The notes under the pieces are model-generated. The model had not been told where the DNA came from. It searched no databases and saw only the letters and a list, made by a program, of their open reading frames with translations. The translations under genes and the position numbers were made by a program. A stretch of DNA of 63,752 nucleotides, filler included, from Choristocarpus tenellus KU-1152 (taxonomy: Eukaryota > Protista > Phaeophyceae), in NCBI GenBank assembly GCA_964200185.2. It is 11 parts of 11 records of this genome, joined end to end, with 100 filler letters (N's around TTAATTAATTAA, not from the genome) between each part and the next. Parts side by side here need not be neighbours in the genome. Positions count along the whole stretch, not along the records: positions 7,860 to 15,276 come from CAXNAD020006190.1; positions 15,377 to 21,563 come from CAXNAD020008725.1; positions 21,664 to 29,361 come from CAXNAD020005734.1; 8 more parts are not named here. One strand, written 5' to 3'. Numbering within the stretch: the first letter of the stretch is position 1; the number at the start of each line of letters is the position of its first letter. Shown piece after piece: positions 12,809 through 24,485 of the stretch.

Positions 12809-13567
12809 AAAGCCCACATCCATCCGAGGCAACCTGAAAATGCAACAGAAAATTCCTTGCCCAAGGTCGAGAAGGGAGGATGAGAAAAGAATACCCACCC
12901 AAGGAAAGAGCACTTAACCAATCACTGGTCAACAAGGGGTTGAGGGGTTATTGCGATCCTGGCCATAAAGTTCAAGAATCGGGGCGCACTTGTGACCTCC
13001 ACCCCCCTGTAGAAACGATTTCTGGACGGATCTACACCCTCCATCTCCTCCAAGCCAAAAAAAAGAAAATAATACACCCTCCACAAAGTCGGAAAGGTAG
13101 GACAAGGCAAGAACACTCAACTAAACACCAATTGATGAGGGTTTTAAGGGATATTGGAATCCACGGTGTGAAGACTAGAAATGGGTCAACATTGGCGATC
13201 ATTCCAGGTAAAGATATGATGACTGGACAGATGTACACTTGTCAACCCTTTGATCTTCTCCTCCAAGTATGAAAATCTCATCTTCTCCTCTAAACTCGGA
13301 GAATGGTAGTGCCCCACCTCACAAGTTAACTCTGATCCCCACAACTTTTCGCGATCCAATTCCAAAAACTGGCTCCAAAGTGTAGAAGTCTTCACCACCC
13401 TCTCACTACAGAGTGAGAGCTAGACTCCATACCAGCTCTATTCAACATCTCTAAATTGTGCCGCACTAGAACATTCCCAGTGGAGGCTTACAGGCGCCAC
13501 CCAAATCCCTCCACTTATACGCCCACCCTTCTATTGATATCTTTTTCTAGACTAAATGGAGACTACA

Positions 13568-13594
13568 ATAATAATAATAATAATAATAATAATA
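13568..13594. repeat. (AAT)n microsatellite
   Basis: Directly visible, about 9 units. Confidence 0.95.
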
Positions 13595-15233
13595 GATATT
13601 TTGTAACTTACAGAATGAGAAAAAGAAAACAATTTCTTTCAAAACGAATGAACCAGAGGGAGGACACGTTGCATGTGGTGACTAGGTGCTAAAGATACCA
13701 AGTCCATTACCAAAGGAGGCAGAGATCTCTAACAAAAGGTTCTGCGAAGAAATTTCCTCCGTTGGAAGGGCTTTATGGGGGAGGGGAGTGATGTCTCCAG
13801 TCACTATCCCAATTTCAGACCCCATTGTCGGGTAGATTGTTTGGAGAGGGGGAATCTGTCCGGTGAGTAAGCGACAAGGTACTAATAATATTTATAATTG
13901 CAACTACTCCTTCAGTGCAAGGGTGCAGGGTGACTGAGCCCAGACAGCAAGGACTATTGAGGCTAGTCATAAAGTGAGTATATTATACACTCCATAATAG
14001 TCACATATTGTAGTAGTGCGTATTTGCCTGTCCTCTCTCACACTATTATTAATTATTTATGTACTGCATATTGGAGTTGTCTAGTGAATGATGTATGGCA
14101 TGCCAGGGGAAAGCAATAACTCATCCAAGAGAAACAAACTCATGGATTGATGAGCTCATCAAGGGATTCCATCAATTCATCCGCCCCTCTAACAGCTGTT
14201 GGTGCTCTTCTACTTTTGGTCTAGAACCATGCATCTAGTAGTAGTGAAACTCCTACTTTGTTCTATCACGGTAAGGATGACAGCAAATAATGTTCAAAAA
14301 CTAACACCATTCAGGACCAATACACAGATAGCACTTAACGCGCCTGTGAAGCAATTGACAGGGTTGATCATGTGCAGAGTCTGTCCCAGTTGACGGTCAA
14401 CAGCAGGTCCTCACACGACGACATCGTAATACAAATACAAAAATTATTCTGTATATAATACAGTGCTCTCAATGTATCAGTACAGCACCAGCAGGCAAAC
14501 ATAGCAACACCAGTCTAGAGTATCGGATTCTTGATCTTCAACAGGGGGAAGTAAGTGCTTACACATATGCACCCACTACTGAGTGAGATTCATAGCATGG
14601 TGGCCAGGAGGTACTATTCCAACGTTGGTGGACTGGTATGGGAGAGTCTCCCTGTCATGCAATGAATCACTAGTTGTATCTCTCCCAATTCCTATGACGT
14701 CACAACAGTCATATTCGAAGTACTCTTGGCACCAAACTGGTTTGCTTACAGCAAGCAGATTGGATTCAAAAAATAGGTTTCCTCCACATAGAAGAGCAAA
14801 ATGCGTCAAATCAGCATGTTGAAGAGTGACGGATAATATTTGGTGGTGCAATGTCACCAGCAATAAACATTTCGCAGCATTAACATCAGTCTGTGTGGAA
14901 CTTTCAATGCCGTCGATTGACTTCACAACACCAGCCACCACTCCGTTGAATCATCATTTTAATGAAGGAGAAATTGGATTTCACTATCATTGGTTGGCGC
15001 AGACTGGTAAGAGACCTACGCGGTATTCAAATCCAACACCAAATCACAACAAAACACAAATACTAATGGGAAAATTCCTAATTAAAAGGAGGTACACAAC
15101 AGGTGAATGAGCACTGCAAGCATCCACCATGCACACAATGTTGTTCTTCAAAGAAAATAAATAATTTTCCACCCAAAAGGTTTGGCCTACATGTAATATA
15201 TGTCTGCCTGAGAACCCTACAGTGTACCACCAC

Positions 15234-15272
<39 letters not shown>

Positions 15273-15497
15273 TCTTNNNNNNNNNNNNNNNNNNNNNNNN
15301 NNNNNNNNNNNNNNNNNNNNTTAATTAATTAANNNNNNNNNNNNNNNNNNNNNNNNNNNNNNNNNNNNNNNNNNNNTCTGAGGTAGAAGGTACATACAGC
15401 ATTCTCTTTCCGTATGGCGAGGCAGGAGATGCGCATTAACACATAAACATCATTTGAAAAGCGCTCGTAATCGTTTCCATCCTATCTATAAAGCTTA

Positions 15498-15637
15498 TGA
15501 TTGATTTCCTAGCTCACCACGATTAATGACTCGATTCCACGATTGATTTCCCAGGAATGCCACGATTGTTAGTCGATTCGACGATTGATTTCCCAGCTCA
15601 CCATAATTAATTACTCAATTCCACGATTGATTTCCCG
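15498..15637. repeat. Degenerate ~41-bp minisatellite with CCACGATTGATTTCCC core
   Basis: GATTGATTTCC recurs near 15499, 15541, 15583 and 15625. Confidence 0.75.
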
Positions 15638-18472
15638 GTTTTGTACCAAGTAGTACAAAACGATATTGTATCACATCAATTATGTACCGATTTTTTCGGG
15701 CATGCCCATGGGTGAACAAAATCGGGTAACCTACTCTGCCTCAATATAGGAGAATAGAATCATATAAATACATCGATATGTGATTCCATCTGCAACATGG
15801 GATTCTGACATCTTTTCTACTACCTCTGACATACTTTCAAGTCGATGGTTGCATGAAGAATGATACATCCTAGCGTAAATAAAGAAGATGTAGGACCAAA
15901 GAGCCAACGTAATTTCGGCAGAGAGTCAGGATCGGAAGCGCTATTCGTTGGGACAGTGGTTCTTACTCTTTTGTAAAATGTTGATATCATTCATGCATAT
16001 ATGTGCCCTATTTCTTCTATTGGTGGATAACGGCAATTTCCAATGACGTTGGTGGCATGCAAATGTCTATATGGCATCCAATCGCACCACAAAATGAGTG
16101 ACTCACATATTCCCAACAAACAACAGGTCCGAGCATATTATATCTTCCGAACAACAGTGAGTGGTTGGGATGGGTTTAGGATGTGTCTGATATGACACAT
16201 TAATGTCCTGCGAAATGTGAAAAACATTTAAATGTTATTATCAACATTTGATGACACAGGTATTTTCATCGAAGGTATGAAGGAATGAAACCTGATTAGA
16301 CAGAGATATGAGAAGGAGTGCAATACGTAACGGATGCAGACCAATATATTCTTCATATTTATGTTCGGTTAAGACTTTGTACAAAACCATTGCACATCAT
16401 CGGTATGCGTATGTACATGATACACGTATGCGAATATCTCATTGTATCAGTGTTGCATCTTATATACAACGATAGTGTGAGAGGTGAATGAAAAGCTGAC
16501 CCTATTCTGTACACGAGAAGGAGATTGCAGTGACGTCGAGACCGGAATCAACCCACCTGTGGCGACCCCTTCATCTGGACCAGTGGCTAAGCGTAAAACG
16601 TGCCTTTTCCTCCCCTATAGGTTTCTGCTGCCCACTTTGCAATGCGCCCACATCACCCCCCTGCAAAGGTCAAACACGGAAAGGCGTGCAATTGCTGGAC
16701 TTGAGGATGTCAAGAACAGCACACAAGAAGTGAGTTTGACGAAATAAATGTGGACAATACATCCAGAGCATTCAACCCAATGGCACATAAGACAAATCTC
16801 ATCCCCCACTCTCAGCAGACACCACCGCGCATGATGAACGATTTGCCTTATCAACCTCCCTATCCTAGCTTCAATGGCAAGACATGGCGTCATGCCTAAA
16901 CTCAACCATTGAGCCCCAACCCTTGGCGTTCAACTATATATTTTTCCTCCTATATGCTCCTACACACACTTCGAACCCACGCCGATTCCTCCTCATCCTA
17001 CGAACATTTAGAGGCTAAGAATATAAGGTCTGTGTACTATTTCCGAATTCGTTTCTATTAAACCAAGCATCTCATACCCGCGTGGGAACATGGATATGGG
17101 AAAGGATGATCGTTGGACATCTATCCTTGGCCTGTTGGTGTCACGCGTTCAACCCGGTATTGTATCAGATTTTACCCCCCCATCTTTCCCCCAATGCATT
17201 CAGCCGTACATTCGCAACATGTTACATAAAACCCGCCGATCACTCTATATACCAATGTTTGTTGGCCTTTCAATAGGATTGGGCAATTCTTCATCCCCAA
17301 ATAGCTCTGACTATGTTGTCCCACCTTCATTATTGAACTGTGGACATACAATATTCCAGAGGCATAGAAAACACCATAATGTACCCATCCCCCAAACGCG
17401 GCAGGGTGGCTGCACGGGGGTATAACATAACCACACACCCATCTTATTTCCCTCAACCCTATTGTACGCAACGACACCTGGACCATTGGCACACCCTCAT
17501 TTAACACACGACTAGGTTAAGAAAAATAATACCCGCATGTCAAATCGCCATATTCCTATCCAGAACACACACACACCCATCCATCATCCTGCAACCTATT
17601 TGGACGGAACACTCCATCGCACCCAGAAACCCACCGCCAAACTAGATGGTCGATGTCATCATTTCCCACATTTTGACACCATGTTCATTTGTGCAACTTG
17701 TGAAAAAAATAGGCATGCCATTGCAACCCGACCAACACCTAGACGCACTCGAAGTCGCATGTAAAGGAAATGATGAGGTCGCCATTATTTTTCAACGATT
17801 GGGATTTCAGTTTATACGCCTCTCTGGTATTGTCGATGAAGCCAGTCACCACGTGCACCAATCTCACGGCCTCTCCTCCCAAATTCCGAAACGGTGATTA
17901 AGATTGTCGAAGACCACAAAAACAGCGTTTGTGTGGTTATTCCCTGAGACCACCATGCACATTAATTACCCGTCCTTTACTACACCCTTTCTAAACGTCC
18001 ATCATCGCATTTGCGTATTTCCCCTAATTTGCATGACACCATATCCCTGGCATACACCTTGACCGACTCCACACAGTCCTGTCAGAAAATCTTGAAACAA
18101 GGTCTACAGAGTTCACAAAGTGAATTATTTATACACCGATCATACGTTCCCTCACAAACATACTTCTTAACATCGTTGCCCTAACTCTCATATCACATTC
18201 TTGGGTTGATGTACATAAGAAGCCGCTCTCCTCTTTAGCGAATTCTCTTCACTTCCCGCAGCACATCACCGCCCACATTACCTGTTTTTGTGGAAGGGAA
18301 TAGATAATCACCATCATTTTTTTTCATTGAAAAGCGTAATCGTTCCTTTCAAGTATAGCATCTCACCCATTCAGAATTTTCGGTAGCATTTTAGGATTCA
18401 CAAACAGAAGAAACCACCCTCCTTTGTAGCCAATTCTCGTCACTCACCACAGCACTTCGCTGCCCGTGTTAA

Positions 18473-18625
18473 GAGTCAAAGTATCCTAGAGGGTAGAGGT
18501 GCGTTCATTTGAGGCCAAAATCCAATATTGTGATTTTGATGTAATTTTGGCTATCGTGTTTGTTAGGAAGGGTCAATATCCTCGTTCCAGATACACTTTT
18601 TCATAACGTACACATTTTACCTACT
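18473..18625 (+). mobile_element. MITE body type C, right end missing
   Basis: GAGTCAAAGTATCCTAGAGGGTAGAG..., colinear with type C up to ACATTTTACCTACTCC. Confidence 0.85.
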
Positions 18626-18724
18626 CCAAAATCACTCTCTTCTGTAGCCAATGCTCGTTACCCACCACTTCAGTTCTTCACTGGCCACGCCACATTTTTC
18701 TTTTTGCACGACCTTTTTTTCGAA

Positions 18725-18766
18725 GGGTCAAATTATCTGGGAGGGGGTGCCGGTGTCCGTTTTTGA
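18725..18766 (-). mobile_element. Isolated terminus of type-B element
   Basis: GGGTCAAATTATCTGGGAGGGGGTGCCGGTGTCCGTTTTT is the reverse complement of the type-B end at 19-58. Confidence 0.7.
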
Positions 18767-19043
18767 CCGGAAGAAATAAAGGATCCCCACCAACCACATG
18801 CATTCGGAAGTAAATACATCATTTTCAGCAAACCACTCAATAGTCTGCTCATTCGCTAAACACTTATGACATTGTTTCATTTTCATCCCTACTTCATAAC
18901 GTTCAACAATCAACCATGTGAAACATATCAGCTTCATTCATACCTGACTGACCTCTCTTCCTAATTCCTCCTTGCGTTCGATGCGATAATTTCCCAAATC
19001 CTGAATTGCATCAAGGACCACGACCAAATCTGCTAAGAAAGAG

Positions 19044-20041
19044 TTGAACCAGAGGACAGAAATTGGTTGCATTACCCTAAGTGCGACCAAAACATTCTAC
19101 ATGGTCAGCTCTGGATTTCTATCGCAGGAATTCAACGCAAATATGCTGGATAAGGAAAGAGTCGCCTCAATGCTTAACGACCTCGCGAGGGATCCCAAAC
19201 AGACAGTGGAGCAGGTCTCAACCATCCCTAGTGCCCAGCCTTTCTCCGCGTGCCCCCGTTGGAAGACGAAAGATGAGTTAAGGGAATACATGGTGAACGA
19301 GTATGGGTTTCCCACCGGTCTTCCTTGGATGCTCTTTTCAAGAGGTACATCAGAGGTGGATTCGTGATTGCGGACAAGATGGGGATCAAGAAGAATTTCA
19401 ACGACCAAAACAACATCTTCTGCTGCCTTAACGGGAAGCACCAGGTAATGCTCCTCGGGATGCTAAAGACCATAGTCAAGAAGTAGACTCTGCCGATCAT
19501 CATCCAGGTCGCCGGGTTGATGAACAAAGATTGGACCTCGGGAGTGAACGGCCATCTACAACTCTGCTGCAAAAATAAGCTTGTATGGAAAATATTTGCG
19601 CGATGCAACAGGGAGAAGGCGGAATCCATCTCTATCGGAGAAGGCGTGGTTTCGAGCAGATCCTATGTACCCAATGCGGTGGACATCTTCCCCAGGATGG
19701 TGTCCTAGTTGTGGGCTATGAAGGACGTTCTGAGAGAATTCGGAAGGGCTGAGGCCCTCCCATGCACTTCATCGGACCTGAGCAACGACAGCGACAGGAA
19801 GATGCGAAAGGCGCTGGTCAGACTGTGTAACCAGTACTCTCTGCGACAAATCGACTTCAGGGATAGCGGCGCTGTGCTCAAGGTAGCAGCGAGGAAAACT
19901 GTTGCTGCCAGGATCATGGCATTTTTGAGGGAGGCATGGGTCGATACGAACTTGGAGAGTCTTCTCAAGAATGCCAGCCCTGGCACAGCTGCTGGATTCT
20001 ACAACGCCATCAAGTCTCTGGCGCAGATTTTTGCAGATGAA
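19044..20041 (+). pseudogene. Disrupted ~330-codon exon with a possible ParB/Srx-like motif
   Basis: Protein-like reading continues across a frameshift near 19355 and TAG stops near 19484 and 19706, ending at a G|GTAAG donor; contains IFCCLNGKHQVMLL, similar to the ParB-type hhhDGxHRh motif. Confidence 0.4.
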
Positions 20042-20871
20042 GGTAAGATTACGACCATTAATTCTCAAGTGTTTCTTCACGTCATCAGATATCAATGATT
20101 TCTCTTTTGCATTCTGGTGAACTCGAAAAACCATTCAATTGTAATATAACCACACAACTCCTTCTCTCGCTGACCTCATCACTCTGCCACCAGGAACTGA
20201 TGAGTTCGAGTACATTTTCTGCAGTGTGTGGCAGGACCACAAGAGGAGGGACACTAATGATGAAAGTGCAGTACATTTCCAAGCATGTCAGTAAAAACAA
20301 CCCAGTATACAATATTAAGAACGCGCTGTAGATGAAAAGCAGCTGCACAGTCAATGGCCCCCCATCGCACACACCGGGTGAAACAATTTATTCCCTGATA
20401 AATAGATCACAACCCCCAAAATTATTGGCTGGACATACCCTTGCCCCGATTGCGGTGAGCCAAGTCAGCTTTGCTTTCCAGAGAGGGAAGACATATCACG
20501 ATGGGTCATATCCTTTTGTATGTGGAGTGAACATCTCTGTCGTCAACCTGTCCTTTTCAATGTATAAATCGACACACGGGGTAAGTTTGATTCTAGGGCT
20601 ATACATACGTTCACTGTGCTCTGGAATGCAAACCGTGAAACCACCGTGGACTCCCTCAAGAACAGTGGCGGATTCAGCCACAGCTACAGGCTAATGATAG
20701 GTGGGACGAGTGTGTTGGTGTATCATCAGCCACAAAAGGGGTTGTCATCTTGTGCATCGACCCTCTGTAAGAATTACCATATTTGATCATTTTCAAATCC
20801 TTCTGTCTTTGCTAAGTTTTACCAGGTTCTAATGCTTTACTAGAAATAGACTGGTCAATTTGTTTGGAGTA

Positions 20872-21563
20872 CAGTGGGTTACCTGATTTTGGGCCAAATA
20901 TTATGAACCAAATGAAAAAATATGCAACTTTATACCGCTTTTTTCGACATGCCCCAAACAATAGGCTTTTGTAACCGGAATTCTCGTATTCGGGCGATTT
21001 GGCACAAAATCCCAGATATATTCACACGAGTTTGGCGCGCGCGTAAACATTTCTCGCGAAAAGTGCCTTTCTTCCTGGGTCTGCTACCATACAGCAGTAC
21101 AGTACGTTACTGGTAGGGGAATAAAGTGGAAACCATGGCTTGTGCCACAAGTAACCTCTGCAAGATGCCTTCAAACACACCGGGTCCATCTTTCTACACA
21201 ATCCACTAGCGCCGTAAGTGCGGTGGGTGCCTCCATGGTATATGTGGTGTAAGGGATCCTGAACTCGACGATGACTGCAAACGTTTGTGTGAGGGGCAGT
21301 GCTTGGCACTGCAGCAAGTCGTGGGCACTGACGGCAAGGGCGCATTGCTATCGACTTCATCGCTCCGCTTGCTGAATGGTAGCTCATCTGGTGCTGCAGC
21401 TGGCAGCTACGGGCAGAAATCTAGTGCCCCTTCCAGGAGGGGCCATGGAACAAAGCGGTCCAACTTGACACTGAACACGAAGTCAGAAGTGCTTGACCAC
21501 CTCACAAACAAGAGGCTCAAAGTCGCTTTCGTCACAGAAAAATTCAACATCGCCGAAAGGACG
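20872..21563 (+). mobile_element. 5' part of a pogo/Tigger-like DNA transposon
   Basis: TA|CAGTGGGTTACCTGATTTTG start (related motif in reverse at 15717-15735), followed by an ORF with a CENP-B-type HTH. Confidence 0.55.
21135..21563 (+). pseudogene. pogo-like transposase N-terminus: Cys/His finger plus CENP-B N-terminal HTH; one in-frame TAG (21207); truncated by contig end
   Basis: ACCATGG start; MACATSNLC...IH*RRKCGGCLHGICG...KRLCEGQC, then KRSNLTLNTKSEVLDHLTNKRLKVAFVTEKFNIAERT, which fits the KRxxLTLxxKxxhh...VxxKFxIxxxT pattern. Confidence 0.65.
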
Positions 21564-21663
21564 NNNNNNNNNNNNNNNNNNNNNNNNNNNNNNNNNNNNN
21601 NNNNNNNTTAATTAATTAANNNNNNNNNNNNNNNNNNNNNNNNNNNNNNNNNNNNNNNNNNNN

Positions 21664-21838
21664 CTCCACAAGCACCGAAATAGTTTTGAACAAAAATATA
21701 TCCCTTCAAAAAGGGGCCCTTTAAAACTGCCACAACATTTACAACAAAAAAACATAAGGGCACTTTCCCCGCACCAAGTATGGGTCACACCCATCCTCCA
21801 TAGTATGCTCCATCCTCAATTTTGCTGAGAGGCTGTTA
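21664..21838 (+). mobile_element. Diverged right end of family-E-related element; oppositely oriented relic at ~22000-22150
   Basis: GGGTCA.ACCCATCCTC.AT...GCTCCATCCTCAATTTT...GGCTGTT; AATTGAGGATGGAGC at ~22006-22020. Confidence 0.65.
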
Positions 21839-24485
21839 TAGGGTTAGAGAATAAAATAAAGAGTAGTTATGTTTAGGACATGGAAATATAATTCATACAT
21901 ACAAATATATTCAAATCTACCTTTCACATTGAATAACACAGATAGAAACAAACAATAATGTGGTATTGTGGTACCACTACTTCATAGATAAGAGTGGATT
22001 TGAAGAATTGAGGATGGAGCGGGGCTATGACGACGGTTGTTCAGCGAAAACGGTCTTGAAAAAGTGTTGAAAGCTTTTTTTTGCAATTGTTTTTGCACTT
22101 GGAAGGGTCTGGGATATGTCCTTTTATTGGAAATGTTTCGGCACTTTTTAAGGACTCGGATATGTTCAAATATTACGGTACTTTTTGTAGAGGGCATCGC
22201 TACGATTTGGAAGCGAATGTATACCACCAAATCGATTCTACTCCATGAATCACTAATCAAACTAATCTGATGTTACTTCCCACAATGCTTCCTGTTCCTG
22301 GAATCTTACATATTCTAGTTTTGGAAATCCAACGTTATCTTCTTATTCTTCCGAATACAAATACCGTCTCTTCATTATGAAATTGTTTCTTCTGCACTAT
22401 CAGTTTGTATACATGCACACACCGCATACAACGGATTCGATAGGAGTAACTGTAAACAACGTATGGTTTAAATAAACTCCAAACCACTAAAGATCGTGTT
22501 TAGGGTTTATTTAAACCATAATCATGGTCTTTATGGGTCTCAAACGTTTCAAATACAGAAACATAAGAGTCACTTCTTTATGCTACATATTATCATGTAA
22601 GACATTGTTACCCCACTTACCAGTTGGATTGTGCAGTGATGACATTTTGGGTATGAAATATTTCTTGTAGTAGTTGTGTGAAAATATAGCAGTAGCAGTA
22701 GAATAGAAAAAATCTCCCTCAATGGGTTACAATAGTTCATGTGAACATGAAAGGTATGTATGGAAGGGTGTTACATGTGAAACACAGCGATAGGAGAAAC
22801 TGCACATGAGTTGGCGGATGAATCGTTCTTAATCCTTGTGTGGAGTGATCATGATCCCTTGGCCTCTCACTCTTGAACAAATGAGCCAACCATTCAAAGT
22901 TGATGTCCTATATTGTCAGGCTAACACCATAGTTGTGCATATAGCAGCATCGGGTCCTAGACTTTCCTTTTTCCAAACCTTCCAAGTGCAAAAAACCCCC
23001 AACACACACCAATAGCTACTTAACACATAGAACAACCTGTCTAAAATGCCATACCTGCAACCCCACAGAAAGAGATCGGCGATGTTGCATTCTACCTCGA
23101 TCCTGTACCTCATTGCTATCCATGTACCAAATAAATCACACACAAATCCTCCACTATTCAAAAATAAAGTTCATCTTAAAGACTCTTGACTGTCAAGCAG
23201 AGAAGTAACAAGGAAGTTGCTTTAAGAATAGGAGCAACAAAATTTCTTAACTTCTTAACACCAAAAAATGTCGACATATGCATTACCAAAAGTGGATCAA
23301 CTCGTAGGAACACTGCATGCACTGACACCTCCATCCGGAAATATGCCCATGGTGGAAGTTCACAGTCCCCACTTGTAACCTCCCTTCTCAACTATTCCCT
23401 ACCAGAATACTGACCTCTATAGAGATTACCTCGCGTCTCTACTTTCAGCATCACCCAACCTTACACTTAAATACATAAAAAAAGGAGCAAGACTATATCA
23501 ATATCCAAAAGTTACACTCAATAAACACACATTTTACGCAAACCTACTTCCCAACCTGGAAATATTAAATATTTTCATACACATTATCTACTATTAAATC
23601 TTGACTCAACAAGCTCCGGAAATGAACCAAAAGTCCAGAACATGTATGTTGTCTCAATGGTATCCCTCAAAATCCACTCTCCCGCTAACACTTCACTGCC
23701 TTTAACCCATTAGAAGGTTTCCACGAGAGACAATGTTAACCTCAACAGTCAATCGTACCAATAAACTTCAACGGGCAGCTTGGTGACTCTTGGAGGCTGG
23801 TAATTGTTTTGATAAACACATAATTCATCCCAATGAGCTGACAACAAATGGTTCAATTTCAGCATCTATGACCTTCAATCCCTTCATAACTCTACCATAA
23901 TAACAACTATCATTGGACTCCAAGACCTTTATGTAATAAATATTTAAAATGTGTTTCTCACTGTAACCCCTACAGAAATGGAGTTAAGGGTGTAACCTCT
24001 GAACAAGCCATTGGTAGTACCGGAGAGTCACATGGCCCAAGTTTTCCAGTTGTCATTGCATCTTGTACCACTACACACTCAATCATTCCAGGCATTGCTC
24101 AATCAATCCCTGGCCATATTTTCTTGAGCTGTCATGAGGCAAAGTTCGGAAGAAATATCAGCATCGGACCAACAAAAATGTTGTGTGAGTTAAAAAAAAA
24201 AAGAGCTCACAAACAGAGATTGACAGTGTTGAGGCAAGCACTGTAAATACAGTACAGTATCACAAATCAAATACTCCCTCGTACGCCATAGATAATTATA
24301 ATTGGTAAGACCTGAAATCAAAGTAAAAGTTGAAGTCACCAAATTGGCTCTACTTTGGAGATAAATAACTACATTATTTGTATATTTTGGAGTAAAAATA
24401 ACACAGTCCCACTCCAAAATCTCTTTACATGATGATGTGGAACTTGTTGCAAAACAGCTCGAAATATTTCATGCCTCAAAAGTAA

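Noticed and set aside
13568-13900. 3' end of a LINE with a (TTA)n tail
   Set aside because: No RT or endonuclease motif recognisable next to the microsatellite
19044-21563. Possible TAG/TAA stop-codon reassignment (in-frame TAGs at ~19484, 19706 and 21207; modelled genes end in TGA)
   Set aside because: TAGs occur only in decayed sequences, one of which also has a frameshift; no in-frame TAG/TAA in the conserved kinase, Ctr, MYST or DUF389 exons; too few genes to judge
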